64,000 nt of DNA from NCBI GenBank assembly GCA_043228905.1, contig JBHGNT010000006.1:19344001-19408000 (forward strand), in the 5' to 3' direction. Origin of the DNA: Azolla caroliniana (taxonomy: Eukaryota; Plantae; Polypodiophyta). Position 1 is the first letter of the stretch, and each line of letters starts with the position of its first letter. The notes under the pieces were generated by a model. That model worked only from the letters and a program-made list of their open reading frames with translations. It had not been told where the DNA came from and made no database searches. A program made the translations under genes and the position numbers. This document shows positions 1 to 10,800 of this stretch, piece after piece.

Positions 1-701
1 CTGCGTTGTTGTACTGGCTTTGCATCTTTATGCAAATTGATTTGATGTTGACAAAAAGCGGGATCCAGACCTTTCATATCGTCAAACGACCATGCAAAAA
101 CATCTTTATATTGTAATAGTAATGTTGTTAATGTTCGTTTGTCATTTTCCACCAAATCTCTAGCAATCAAGACTGTTTTTCTTTCAGCATCCTCTACTCC
201 TGCCAAATCGATCTCCTCCAATGCTGAGGCTTGCACTCTCTGAGATACCTTCATTTCCTTATCTGTAGCTTCTTGTTGCATTCGTATTTCTTTCATTGTT
301 TGCTCATCTATTGGCACTTCTTCGTGTGAGTCTACATATGGTGTTAATGCTTGCAAAATATCTACCTCAAATAGAGGGATGATTTTCTGATTATCATTGA
401 AATACTGACTTTCTTCTTCCTCGTCCAATCCTTCCATCATATTAACTGCTTTTGCATGTACAGGTAAACTCTGTTTGTTTGTTGTCACTTTGTTGTGCGT
501 CGGAATCCTGACCTTAGTTTTTCCTTTCCTAAATGTTAGCACATTTTGTTTCCAATTTTGTTTAATATTAGCTGTCTTTAACCATGGTCTCCCCAATAAC
601 AAGGGGTATGCTCCCTGTGTTTCTAACTGCAAAATTACTGCCGAAATCTGAAAACTGTGTCCCCCGATTATTACATCCAGTTGTCGAAGCAAACCAACCG
701 G
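1..701 (-). pseudogene. pol: pol fragment of T (protease C-terminal half to RT start), frameshift near 360
   Basis: Manual translation gives PVGLLRQLDVIIGG...AYPLLLGRPWLKTA and LLQYKDVFAWSFDDMKGLDPAFCQHQINL, typical of Tat/Athila pol. Confidence 0.8.
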
Positions 702-709
702 GCGTGCCA
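697..709 (-). promoter_or_regulatory. Putative tRNA PBS of T (TGGCACGCCCGGT)
   Basis: TGG-initiated motif of the kind seen in Tat-clade elements, 11 nt after the LTR end. Confidence 0.55.
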
Positions 710-720
710 AAATTCTTCTG

Positions 721-1177
721 TGTTAATCGGCTAATTACTAACTACTACCGATACAGAAGAGTGAACGTCGCTACTCAACGTTCTAACAAGGAATTGTGTT
801 TTACGAACGGAATTATACTATATTAATCGGTAATTACCGTGATCGTTACTTAGTTATAAATTAGGAAGCTTGCACTTAACAACATAGACAATAGAAAGAA
901 CACAGAATCCGTACAGAATATTCCTAACTTAAACTTATATTACTAAATAAAACGACCTTTCTTACAATGCCTTCGGTTCCCTTTTATAGGTATACCGAAG
1001 GTCTTTTCTCATCAAGAACTATTCCTACTTACTATCAAGAATTACAAAATTATCTAACTAACTTAGTTCTCTTCGTTTACTGCTGAGTCATTGATCCGAA
1101 CAGTCGATCCGAACCGACTCCGTTTTCGACGCTTTCCCACTTGTTCGGTAAAACTGACTGTCCGGGTCCGGGTAACA
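721..1177 (-). repeat. 5' LTR of T (457 bp)
   Basis: Ends TGTTACCCGG...CCGATTAACA (8/10 inverted match); minus-strand CCTATAAAAGGG near 979-990. Confidence 0.7.
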
Positions 1178-1958
1178 GATATTGTTCTAATGTTTGATTG
1201 GTTCTCTCTACTTGACCATCAGTTTGCGGATGATAAGTTGAAGAGAGGTTGCAAGAGATCTTGGGTAGTGATAATAAATGCCGCCAAAATTTTGAGATAA
1301 ATTGTGGCCCGCGATCACTTACAATGTTATCCGGAAAGCCATGATGTCGAAATACCTCTCGCATAACAAGATCACTTGTCTCCTTGTTGTTGATGGTCTT
1401 TGTACATGGTAGGAAATGTGCCATCTTTGTAAAGCGATCCACCATTGTCAAGATAGTATCAAACCCTCGAGAAGGGGCAAATCGGTGATAAAATCAAGTG
1501 AAATAGATTGCCAGGGTTTTGTTGTGATTGGCAATGGTTGTAACAATCTATAAGGATGGTGATGAGGCATTTTTGTACGACAACATGTGTCACATGTATG
1601 AACATACTCCTCAACAAAATTATGGAGCTTAGGCCACCAAAATGCTCGACTGACTAGCTCTAAGGTCTTTTGAATCCCAAAATGCCCAGCCATATAAGTG
1701 TCATGGCAATGTTGTAACACCTTAAGACGAGAAGATCTATCAGGGACCTAGAGAAGACCCTTATAAAATAGTAGATCATTCTACCATGTGAATTTATTGT
1801 AATCTACATGAGGATGTTGTGCCTTAGAACAAGAAGCGCGATTCGGATCAATGTGATCGAGAAACAAAGACATCTATTTGAAGATCCTGGCGAATAGAAT
1901 TAAGGATGCTGGAATCAATTGGCATGTGTGAAACTTCCACTGCTTGTAACCATGCAGG

Positions 1959-2205
1959 TGTCACGATATGGCAAGACTCGAACCCATGACCTTATGCTAC
2001 ATGGGTCGAGCTCTTGACCATTAGACTATACATTGCAATACGTAGAATATTATTTTCATTTATGTTTTATTATAGAAAATTGATGTATATTCCAGATTTC
2101 TCTGGAACATTCTAGAAACTTCAGGAGTATTCCTTAGAACACTATAAAAGGAGGCACAAGGCATTATTTCGAACCAAATCGGTTCAACACCAGTCTCCCT
2201 CCCTC

Positions 2206-2241
<36 letters not shown>

Positions 2242-2344
2242 CCTCTCACTCACTCTTTCCTTCTCTCGAGAGTTCTTCACCTCTCTTAGTACTAATACTT
2301 CTTTTAGTACTAATTCCTTCTCTGTCTTAGTACTATTCCTGACA
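1959..2344 (+). repeat. 5' LTR of A (386 bp, internal deletion)
   Basis: Direct repeat of 7141-7572; TATAAAA at 2143. Confidence 0.95.
2104..2123 (+). promoter_or_regulatory. Heat-shock element, 4 alternating nGAAn units (also in LTRs of B, C, H3, M and H1)
   Basis: gGAAc aTTCt aGAAa cTTCa, about 20 bp upstream of the TATA box. Confidence 0.7.
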
Positions 2345-2346
2345 GT

Positions 2347-2358
2347 TTGAACCGATTT
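2347..2358 (+). promoter_or_regulatory. Self-priming-type PBS of A (TTGAACCGATTT)
   Basis: Lacks the TGG of a tRNA PBS; perfect complement of LTR 2176-2187 (AAATCGGTTCAA), 33 nt after the TATA. Confidence 0.8.
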
Positions 2359-2418
2359 TCCTTACCTTCTGTCTCTCTCATTTCCTACTAATCTCTTATT
2401 CCTCTTTTCTTTCATCCC

Positions 2419-3570
2419 ATGGCCACTATTAGCGCTAAAGAATATCAATCTGTTTTCTCGAAATTTCAATGCTTGAAAGAGAAGTTTCATGCTTTGGAAC
2501 AAGAAAACCAACGGTTGCTGGGGGATCTTCAGCAAATCTCCTTAGAAAAGCAGCAAACGCAACAATAGCATGGGGAACTTGCGTTACGTGTGCAACAACT
2601 CGAAGCCACCATCGTAGCGATGCAACAACAACGGCCCGGAACACAAGGAATTCATAAAGAACCCAAGATTGGCCTTCCCACGAAGTTCGATGGAACGCGA
2701 TCGCGGTTTAGAGGGTTCCTTAACCAGGTACGATTAGTTATTCAAATGCATCCTTCCCGATATCCCACTGATGCATCACAAGTGGGTTTAGTAGGCACTT
2801 TGTTAAGTGGCTCAGTGTTGGCATGGTTCGCTCCACTATTAGAAAAGGAATCTCTGTTACTCAACAATTTTGAAGATTTTCTAGGTGAGTTTAAAGCATG
2901 TTTCGGAGATACTGACAGCATCAGGACCGCAATCAACAAAATTCGGCGATTATGCCAAGGTGACCATCCAGCCTCTGCATACGCTGCAGATTTTCGCCTA
3001 CTCGCCGCCGATATCCCTTGGGATGATCAAGCGTTGATGGAGCAATTCCGTTATGGTTTACGCAACGACGTCAAGGATTTACTCTTGACCTTCCCCGAAG
3101 AGCCAAAGTCCTTAACAAAAGCAATTAGTCGCGTGGTGAGATGTGACAACCGTCTCTTTGAGCAACGTTCGGAACGACAGCTACAAATATCGAGGGCAAG
3201 ATCAGAGCCCACCTACGCCTCAGTGGTATCAAGACCTTTTCCGAGGGAGTCATATAATGTGCCTCCAGCGAATACTCCGACTCCGATGGAGATTGACACT
3301 ACACGTCGTTGAGGGCCATTATCCGAAGAAGAAAAGCAGCGACATCGTACAAATCGACTATGTCTTTACTACGGTGGACTAGGACATATTGCAATAAATT
3401 GCCCCCATAGGCCAAGAAGACAGGTAAACCAAATAGTCGCTAGTTCTAATTGTACTCAACCCAAGCCTATTTCAGTAGGGATATCTGATAGTCCTAATAG
3501 TACTAATAGCCCAGATCTAGCGAACAGATTTGATGTCCTTAGTCAGTTACAAGAAGAGTTAAACGACTAA
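2419..3570 (+). pseudogene. gag: gag of A with premature stops
   Basis: Colinear with the intact gag of B; stops at 2566 and 3310; zinc knuckle degenerate. Confidence 0.92.
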
Positions 3571-6500
3571 GTCCAGCCAAAATAGGAGCCGTTTGGTTGG
3601 ACAGCCCTAGATCTGTGCAACCCATTAGTGGTTCCATTCCCTCTAAGCAAGTTAGTGATGTGTTCGTAGCCCAAGTAATAGTTAGTACTAAAAGTACCCC
3701 TTCAGTACATGTCCTAGCACTCCTAGATTCCGGAGCTAACTCTTGCTTTATGGATAAGAAATTTGCTCAAGCTCATAAGATATCCCTAAGAAAACTCCAG
3801 TGTCCAGCCTCTGTAGTAGTCATTGATGGATGTCCCATTGCTTCCGGAAATATCATAGAAGAGTCAGAGCCCATTAATATTGTCCTAGATAACTTAGCAT
3901 GTGTAGTATCATTTAATATTATTAGTATCCCAGAACATCCCATAGTTTTAGGATTACCGTGGTTCGAGTTCCATAACCCAGACATAGATTGGAGAACAAG
4001 AGAAATCCGGTGTCGACAAACCCAAGGGTCAACTCAGAAGATGGCAACCATTTCGCTATGTCAGTTGCGTAAAGAAGGGCGCAAGGAAGAAATGTTCCTC
4101 TTTGCAATATCAGTAAACCCCTCCAACACCACCGTTCAAATTCCCGAGAAGTATCGTCATTACATCGATGTGTTCGATAAAGTACAAGCCAACACACTTC
4201 CTCATCATCGACCGTACGATTGCCCCATCGATTTACAACCGGGAAAAGAGCCGCCATGGGGACTGATCTACAATTTGTCACCAACCGAGCTGGAAGCCCT
4301 TCGGGCCTATATAGAGGAGAATTTGGAAAATGGTTTCATTCGGCATTCGAAATCTCCCGCTGGCGCGCCCATTTTCTTCGTCAAGAAAAAGGATGGATCG
4401 CTTCGTCTTGTTGTAGATTACCGTGGCCTGAATAAGGTTACAATCAGGAATAGGTATGCTCTTCCCCTTATCTCAAGTCTTTTAGAACGGATCAATGGTG
4501 CCAAGTTCTTCACGAAGATCGACTTACGGGGAGCATATAACCTCGTACGGATCCGACCAGGAGACGAATGGAAGACCGCGTTTCGCACCAGATATGGGCA
4601 CTTCAAGTATACGGTCATGCCGTTCGGCCTCACTAATGCGCCGACAGTCTTTTAGCACATGGCTAATGATATATTCCGAGATCTATTGGATGATTTTTTG
4701 ATCATCTATTTGGATGATCTACTGGTTTATTCAAAGACCCAAGAAGAACATGATTCTCATGTACTATTAGTACTAAAACGACTTCGAGAACATGGTCTGT
4801 ATGCAAAGTTGGAAAAATGTAGTTTCGGGTGCAACCAAGTGGAATTTCTCGGGTACATCATTTCGTCAGAAGGCATCTCCATGGACCTAGCTAAGGTCAA
4901 AACGGTGGTAGAATGGCAGACTCCGCGTTCGGTGCGGGATGTGCAATGCTTCCTAGGCTTTGCCAATTTTTACCGGAAGTTCATACAAGATTACTCAAAG
5001 ATCATTCTACCTCTCACACAACTTACCAAGAAGGGACAACTGTTCATCTGGTCTGAAGAAACGGACATGGCTTTCAAGAGTCTTAAAAAGGCATTTGCAT
5101 CGGCTCCAATTCTAGCTCATGTCGATCCGGAAAAACCATTCATTATCGAAGCTGACGCATCGGATTTTGCATTGGGGAGCATTCTGTCACAACAAGGGAA
5201 TGATAAGAAGCTACATCCTATGGCTTTTCACTCACGCAAGTTTGACGCCGCCGAAATCAACTACGAAATTCATGATAAGGAGCTATTGGCAATTGTGGAT
5301 TCTTTTATGCAATGGAGGCATTTTCTAGAGGGATCCTCTCATCCAGTCACTGTATTTAGTGACCACAAGAACCTTGCCTACTTTCAGGATGCTCGTGTGT
5401 TGAATCGACGTCAAGCTCGGTGGGCCCACTTCTTCACGCGTTTCAACTTCAAAATTACATATCGTCCGGGGAAGCACCAAGGGAAGGCAGATGCATTATC
5501 ACGGCGTTCGTATCTAGCACCCCGTCCCGGCGAGCCAGCTTTCGATAACCAAAAACAAGTCATCTTGGGACCGGCACGACTACAAGCAACACAGATCTTT
5601 GACATGCCCATGGATTCCCGCGTTATCGATACCATACGCGACGACTTGAAGACAGTTGCGTTCGCCCAAGCTATACTAGCACAAATTGATCCCTCTCGAG
5701 CATCGTGTTCACAGTCGCAACCACCAGGTACGGACTATCGGCAATTCAAATACCATGATGGATTACTCTTCTTTAAAGAACTTTTGTATGTTCCTAATGG
5801 TTCTTGCCGCCTTCAAGTAGTACAAAACTGTCATGACACATATACAGATATACAGATGGGCATTTTGGTAGTACTAAAACATTACATTTAGTACAACGAT
5901 CATTCTGGTGGCCCTGTATGCGACAATTTGTCGAGGATTTTGTTCGGACTTGTGATACATGCTACAGAGCGAAAATGCCAAGGCATCATCCATATGGTTT
6001 ATTAGAACCATTACCAATTCCAAGCAAGCCGTGGCAATCTATTGCTCTAGACTTCATCACAGATCTTCCAGTCTCTAAGTGGTTCAATGCGATTCTAACG
6101 GTGGTTGATCGATATACGAAGATGGCTCATTTCTTGCCATGTACTAAGGAGATCTCCAGTGAAGACACTGCCAAAATTGTCATGCGTGAAGTATGTCGGC
6201 ATCATGGACTTCCCGATAGTATCATCAGCGATCATGGACCCCAGTTCATGTCAAAATTCTGGAAGCACCTTTTTAACATGCTCAAGGTCACTTGTAACCT
6301 CTCCTCCGGCTACCACCCCCAAACCGATGGCCAAGCCGAACGAACTAATCAAACGCTGGAGCAGTATCTGCGGTGCTTTCTCAGTTATCATCAGGATGAC
6401 TGGGCAGATATTCTCCACTTCGCCGAATTTGCCTATAACAACTCTATCCACGCATCCACTAAAGTTACGCCATTTTATGCTTATACGGGATGTCACCCCC

Positions 6501-7140
6501 GGTGGTGTGTACTTGAAACCCCAGAGGTGTCCACAAATCCTTGCGCAGAAGATCGTTTGGAGAGGTTACGCAAGATACAAGCGGATGTATCTACTCACCT
6601 CCAACAAGCTCAACAAACACACAAGGTTTATGCGGATCGTCATCGACTCCCATCTAGTTTTAACATTGGAGATCGGGTATGGCTACTCCGACGACACATC
6701 AAGACCACTCGCCCATGCGAGAAGTTGGATTATCGGCGATTAGGTCCTTTCCGTATTATAGGAAAGATTAATGATGTCGCTTTTCGTCTTGATCTACCTC
6801 CACAACTTCGGATACATCCGGTGTTTCATAGTTCTCTCCTCGAACCCTATCAAGAGAGCACCATCCCAGGACGTATTACACAGCCTCCACCCTCGATCGA
6901 GCTTGAAGATGGACCTGAGTACGAGGTTGCCGCCATCCTTTGATTCCAAGCTTGTTCGCAACAAGCTCTACTATCTAGTCGATTGGCTAGGATATAGTCC
7001 CAACGAGCGTATTTGGGAACCGATAGAGAATGTCACCAATGCTCGTGCTCTTCTTGAAGACTTCCATCGTCAATATCCAAACAAACCGGGTCCTCAATCC
7101 AAAACGACTCGTTCCACTCGTTGTTTTAAAGGGGGGATAG
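3571..7140 (+). pseudogene. pol: pol of A (PR LDSGA, RT YLDD, RH, INT, chromodomain), broken by a stop at 4653 and frameshifts near 5850 and 6940
   Basis: ORFs 3597-4655, 4659-5891, 5918-6943 and 6771-7148 tile the B pol sequence. Confidence 0.93.
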
Positions 7141-7572
7141 TGTCATGATATGGCAAGACTCGAACCCATGACCTTATGCTACATGGGTCGAGCTCTTGAC
7201 CATTAGACTATACATTGTAATACGTAGAATATTATTTTCATTTATGTTTTATTATAGAAAATTGATGTATATTCCATATTTCTCTGGAACATTCTAGAAA
7301 CTTCAGGAGTATTCCTTAGAACACTATAAAAGGAGGCACAAGGCATTATTTCGAACCAAATCGGTTCAACGCCAGTCTTAAGCCTCCTAGCTACTGTACA
7401 TTTTCTTCACATAATATATATCTTTTCTTATCATCACTCTCTCTCTCTCTCTCGATCTCTCTCTCCCTCCCTCTCACTCACTCTTTCCTTCTCTCGAGAG
7501 TTCTTCACCTCTCTTAGTACTAATACTTCTTTTAGTACTAATTCCTTCTCTGTCTTAGTATTGTTCCTGACA
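7141..7572 (+). repeat. 3' LTR of A (432 bp)
   Basis: Follows the PPT, ends CCTGACA, then the TSD. Confidence 0.95.
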
Positions 7573-7884
7573 GCAGGTCCTAAAAGAATTTGTTTTTTAT
7601 CATCAAATGTTGCTTCACTAAGATGAGGTGCAAGATATGTCCTTCGAGATAAAGCATATGCCTTGCCTTGTTGTGATCCAAGCCGATATAGAATTTTAAA
7701 CTCAAAACGAGTGAGGAATTGTGCCCACCGAGCCTGCCACCTTGTCAACACCCGAGCATTATGAAAGTATGCTAGGTTTTTGTGGTCATTATAAACTAGT
7801 ATTTGATGAAGAGAACCCTCCAAGAGATGTCGCCATTGCTCAAAGGAGTCCACAATAGCTAGCAATTCTTTATCATGCACTTCA

Positions 7885-10800
7885 TGTTGGGATTACGGTC
7901 CCTCCGGATGGGATGGTCGGATGTCCGGAGATGAATGACGACAAGCCCGGTTGCGGTTTCGGAACCGGATGATGAAGACCCCGACTTCGGAGCCGGACGA
8001 CGAATGTACCCGGAGAGAGATCCGGATGCGGGGACATATCTGTGAATATGTTTGCCAAGGGCCCTTGAGGCTATAGTTGTAAATAGCCCTAAAGTCATAT
8101 GTGTATAAATATGACTTAGGGCAAACAGTTTTGATGTTGCTACTCATTTTTCTGTTTTTCCACTTAAGAGGAGTGAAGAGAGAGCAGCCGTGAGAGAGAT
8201 AGAGCGTGAGAGACGAAGAGGTCGACGCCTCTGTGTAATTCCACCGCCTGTGGCGAGGACAGCGAGCTCAAGGTCGTCGCCTTGCAGCTCGCCATTGTAT
8301 ATTTCTCTGTGCATAGTTTTGGTTCGGAGTCTTGTACTCCCGTGGTTTTTTCCCGTACAGGGTTTTCCATGTTAAATCGTGTGTCCACTTATTTACTTTT
8401 GCATTACCCATTTTCTGCAACAACGATTCGTGTGTTTCCTTGGTTGTGGCCGAGAGGTGAAGTTTGGAAAGTGTCGATTATTTCCATCAATTTGGTATCA
8501 GAGCGAGTTGCTGCAGAAAATGGAAGGCGGCGGCAGCGGGCAGCCGGGGATGATGGTGCTGAATGCGCAGAATTACGCCGACTGGAAGATCAAGATGGAG
8601 GATCTTCTGATTGTTCGGGACCTGTACGAACCGATTGACAGGTCGGAAATACCGAAGGGGGTACTTGAGTCGGAATGGAGGCTTCTGAACCGGAAAGCCG
8701 TTGCAACCATTCGGCAATACGTCGACGTGAGCGTTCTACAACATGTGGCGAACGACATCAACGCATATGAGATGTGGCGGAAGCTGTCGGGCCTCTACGA
8801 GAGGAAGAATGCGTTGAACCGGACCTCCCTGATGAGGAAGATAGTGAACCTCAAGTACCGAGACGGCGAGAGTATGGTGGAACACGTAAGCACGTTCATG
8901 GGATTCGTGAACCAGCTTGCGGCGATCAAGTTCCCGCTGGAGGATGCAATGCAAGCCATCATTCTGATGTGTACATTGCCGGAAAGCTGGGAGAACTTGG
9001 TGGTGACTCTCAGCACCTCCTGCACGGAAGATAACTTGTCCCTACAAACGGTAAAGACAAGTATTTTGAACGAAGAAGCGCGTCGGAGAGATAAAGAACC
9101 GGCCTCCGACTCGAAGGCGTTGCTTACCGAATCGGAACGGGGAAGACAATGGAACCGGAGTCCGCAAAGACGGGAGAAGTCGGGGACCCGGTCGCAGTCA
9201 AGAGGAAGACCCACATGCTTCCACTGTGGGAAGCCGGGGCACTTCCGGAAGAATTGTCGGCATTACCGAAAGGACAACGGAGCCGACGACACCGATTCGA
9301 AGAAGTCACCGGAGAGAAACGGTGCATACCGGGGAGCCACGGACCGGAGAGGTCCGGATCGGCGAGGGCAGGACCGGAAAGGAACGACGGCACTCGCGGC
9401 AAGTGAAGAAGAGATAATGCTCATTACCGAAGAGAGGGAGTTGAGCCTTGCCGGTGAAGAGATGACCTGGGTGGTCAATTCCGGAGCGTCGTTCCACCTG
9501 ACCCCGGAGAAGAAATACTTCTCATCCTACACAGCCGGTGAGCACGGCTGTGTCCGGATGGGAAATGAAGGTACATGCCGGATTGCCGGCATAGGAGACG
9601 TGTGGCTAATGACATCAACCGGATGCAAGATGCTGCTGAAGGATGTTCGACACGTTCCGGAGGTTCGATTGAACCTGATTTCGGCCGGGAGGCTAGACGA
9701 TGAAGGCTACACGGGTAGCATCCGGAATGGTGTCATGAAGTTCAGCAAAGGGAGCCTGATAGTGGCTCGGGCCCGGAAGGTCAACACACTGTACCTGATG
9801 AATTCCCGGCTATGTCCGGAGGAGCTGAACGTGGCAGCTGACACTGCCGGTGAGCTGTGGCACAAGAGACTGTGCCACATGAGTGAGAAGGGGATGAAGA
9901 GGCTTACAGAAGACAACCTTATTCCAGTGAAGCATGTGCACCTGGAGAAGTGCACCGATTGCCTGGCCGGTAAGCAGAACCGAACCTCCTTCCACTCAAG
10001 GCCACCGACGAGACGTAGCGCACCATTGGAGTTGGTGCACACTGATGTGTGTCAGGTAGAAACGAAGTCACATGGCGGAGCCCAGTACTTCGTAACATTC
10101 ATTGATGATCACAGCCGGAAGCTGTGGACGGCACCGTTGAAGACAAAGGACCAAGTGTTGTGCGTCTTCAAAGAACTCCACGCGAGAGTGGAAAGGGAAT
10201 CCGGCAAGAAGCTGAAAGCGATACGAGCAGATAACGGAGGGGAATACCGGGGGCAGTTCGCGAAGTACTGTCGCTCGAAGGGAATCCGGCTCGAGTTTAC
10301 TGTGCCGAAGACGCCGGAACTGAACGGGCTGGCCGAGAGGATGAACCGGACCATAATGGATAGGGTCCGGAGTATGCTGGCGCATGCGGAATTACCCAAG
10401 GGGTTTTGGGCTGAGGCGATGTCAACGGCGACATACGTGATAAACAGATCACCCTCAGTACCTTTGGACGGAGACACGCCGCAGAGAGTTTGGACCGGTA
10501 GGGAAGTATCCTACCGGCATCTGAAGGTGTTCGGGTGTCTCGCATACGTGCATGTGGCAAAGGACCGGAGAGGAAAGCTAGATCCAAAGACCCGGCCATG
10601 CATATTCCTCGGTTACGGCGATGACGAGTTCGGCTACCGAGTATGGGACCCCGTCGACAAGAAGATATTCCGGAGTCGTGATATCATCTTCATGGAGAAC
10701 AAGACACTCGCCGACTGGGAGTCGGAGAAGAAGATGAAGAGCTCCAAGTCGACCGGTGAGGATAAACTCTACAAGGAGCAGTCCCGACCGGCAAGGGACC

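Larger units (their letters stand above)
1..1177 (-). mobile_element. Element T: Tat/Athila-like Ty3/gypsy retrotransposon, 5' part only (runs off the left edge), gag deleted
   Basis: Minus strand reads LTR (1177->721), PBS, then protease C-terminus and RT N-terminus. It interrupts the integrase of element H1 right after ...RTNQTLEQYL. Confidence 0.75.
1959..7572 (+). mobile_element. Element A: full-length but mutated Tcn1-like Ty3/gypsy chromovirus
   Basis: LTRs 1959-2344 and 7141-7572 (TG...CA), TSD GCAGG (1954-1958/7573-7577), PPT AAAGGGGGGATAG, order gag-PR-RT-RH-INT-chromodomain. Confidence 0.96.

Noticed and set aside
1965-2035. Functional tRNA gene on the minus strand of the LTR
   Set aside because: A and B boxes and spacing fit, but acceptor and anticodon stems do not pair. 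Reported as a promoter-like cassette instead.
2195-2260. (CT)n tracts as independent features
   Set aside because: They are ordinary GAGA-type microsatellites within LTR R/U5 regions.
8379-8519. N-terminal extension of the 932-aa ORF
   Set aside because: It begins at a non-ATG codon inside the LTR and crosses the PBS. Homology with K gag places the start at ATG 8520.
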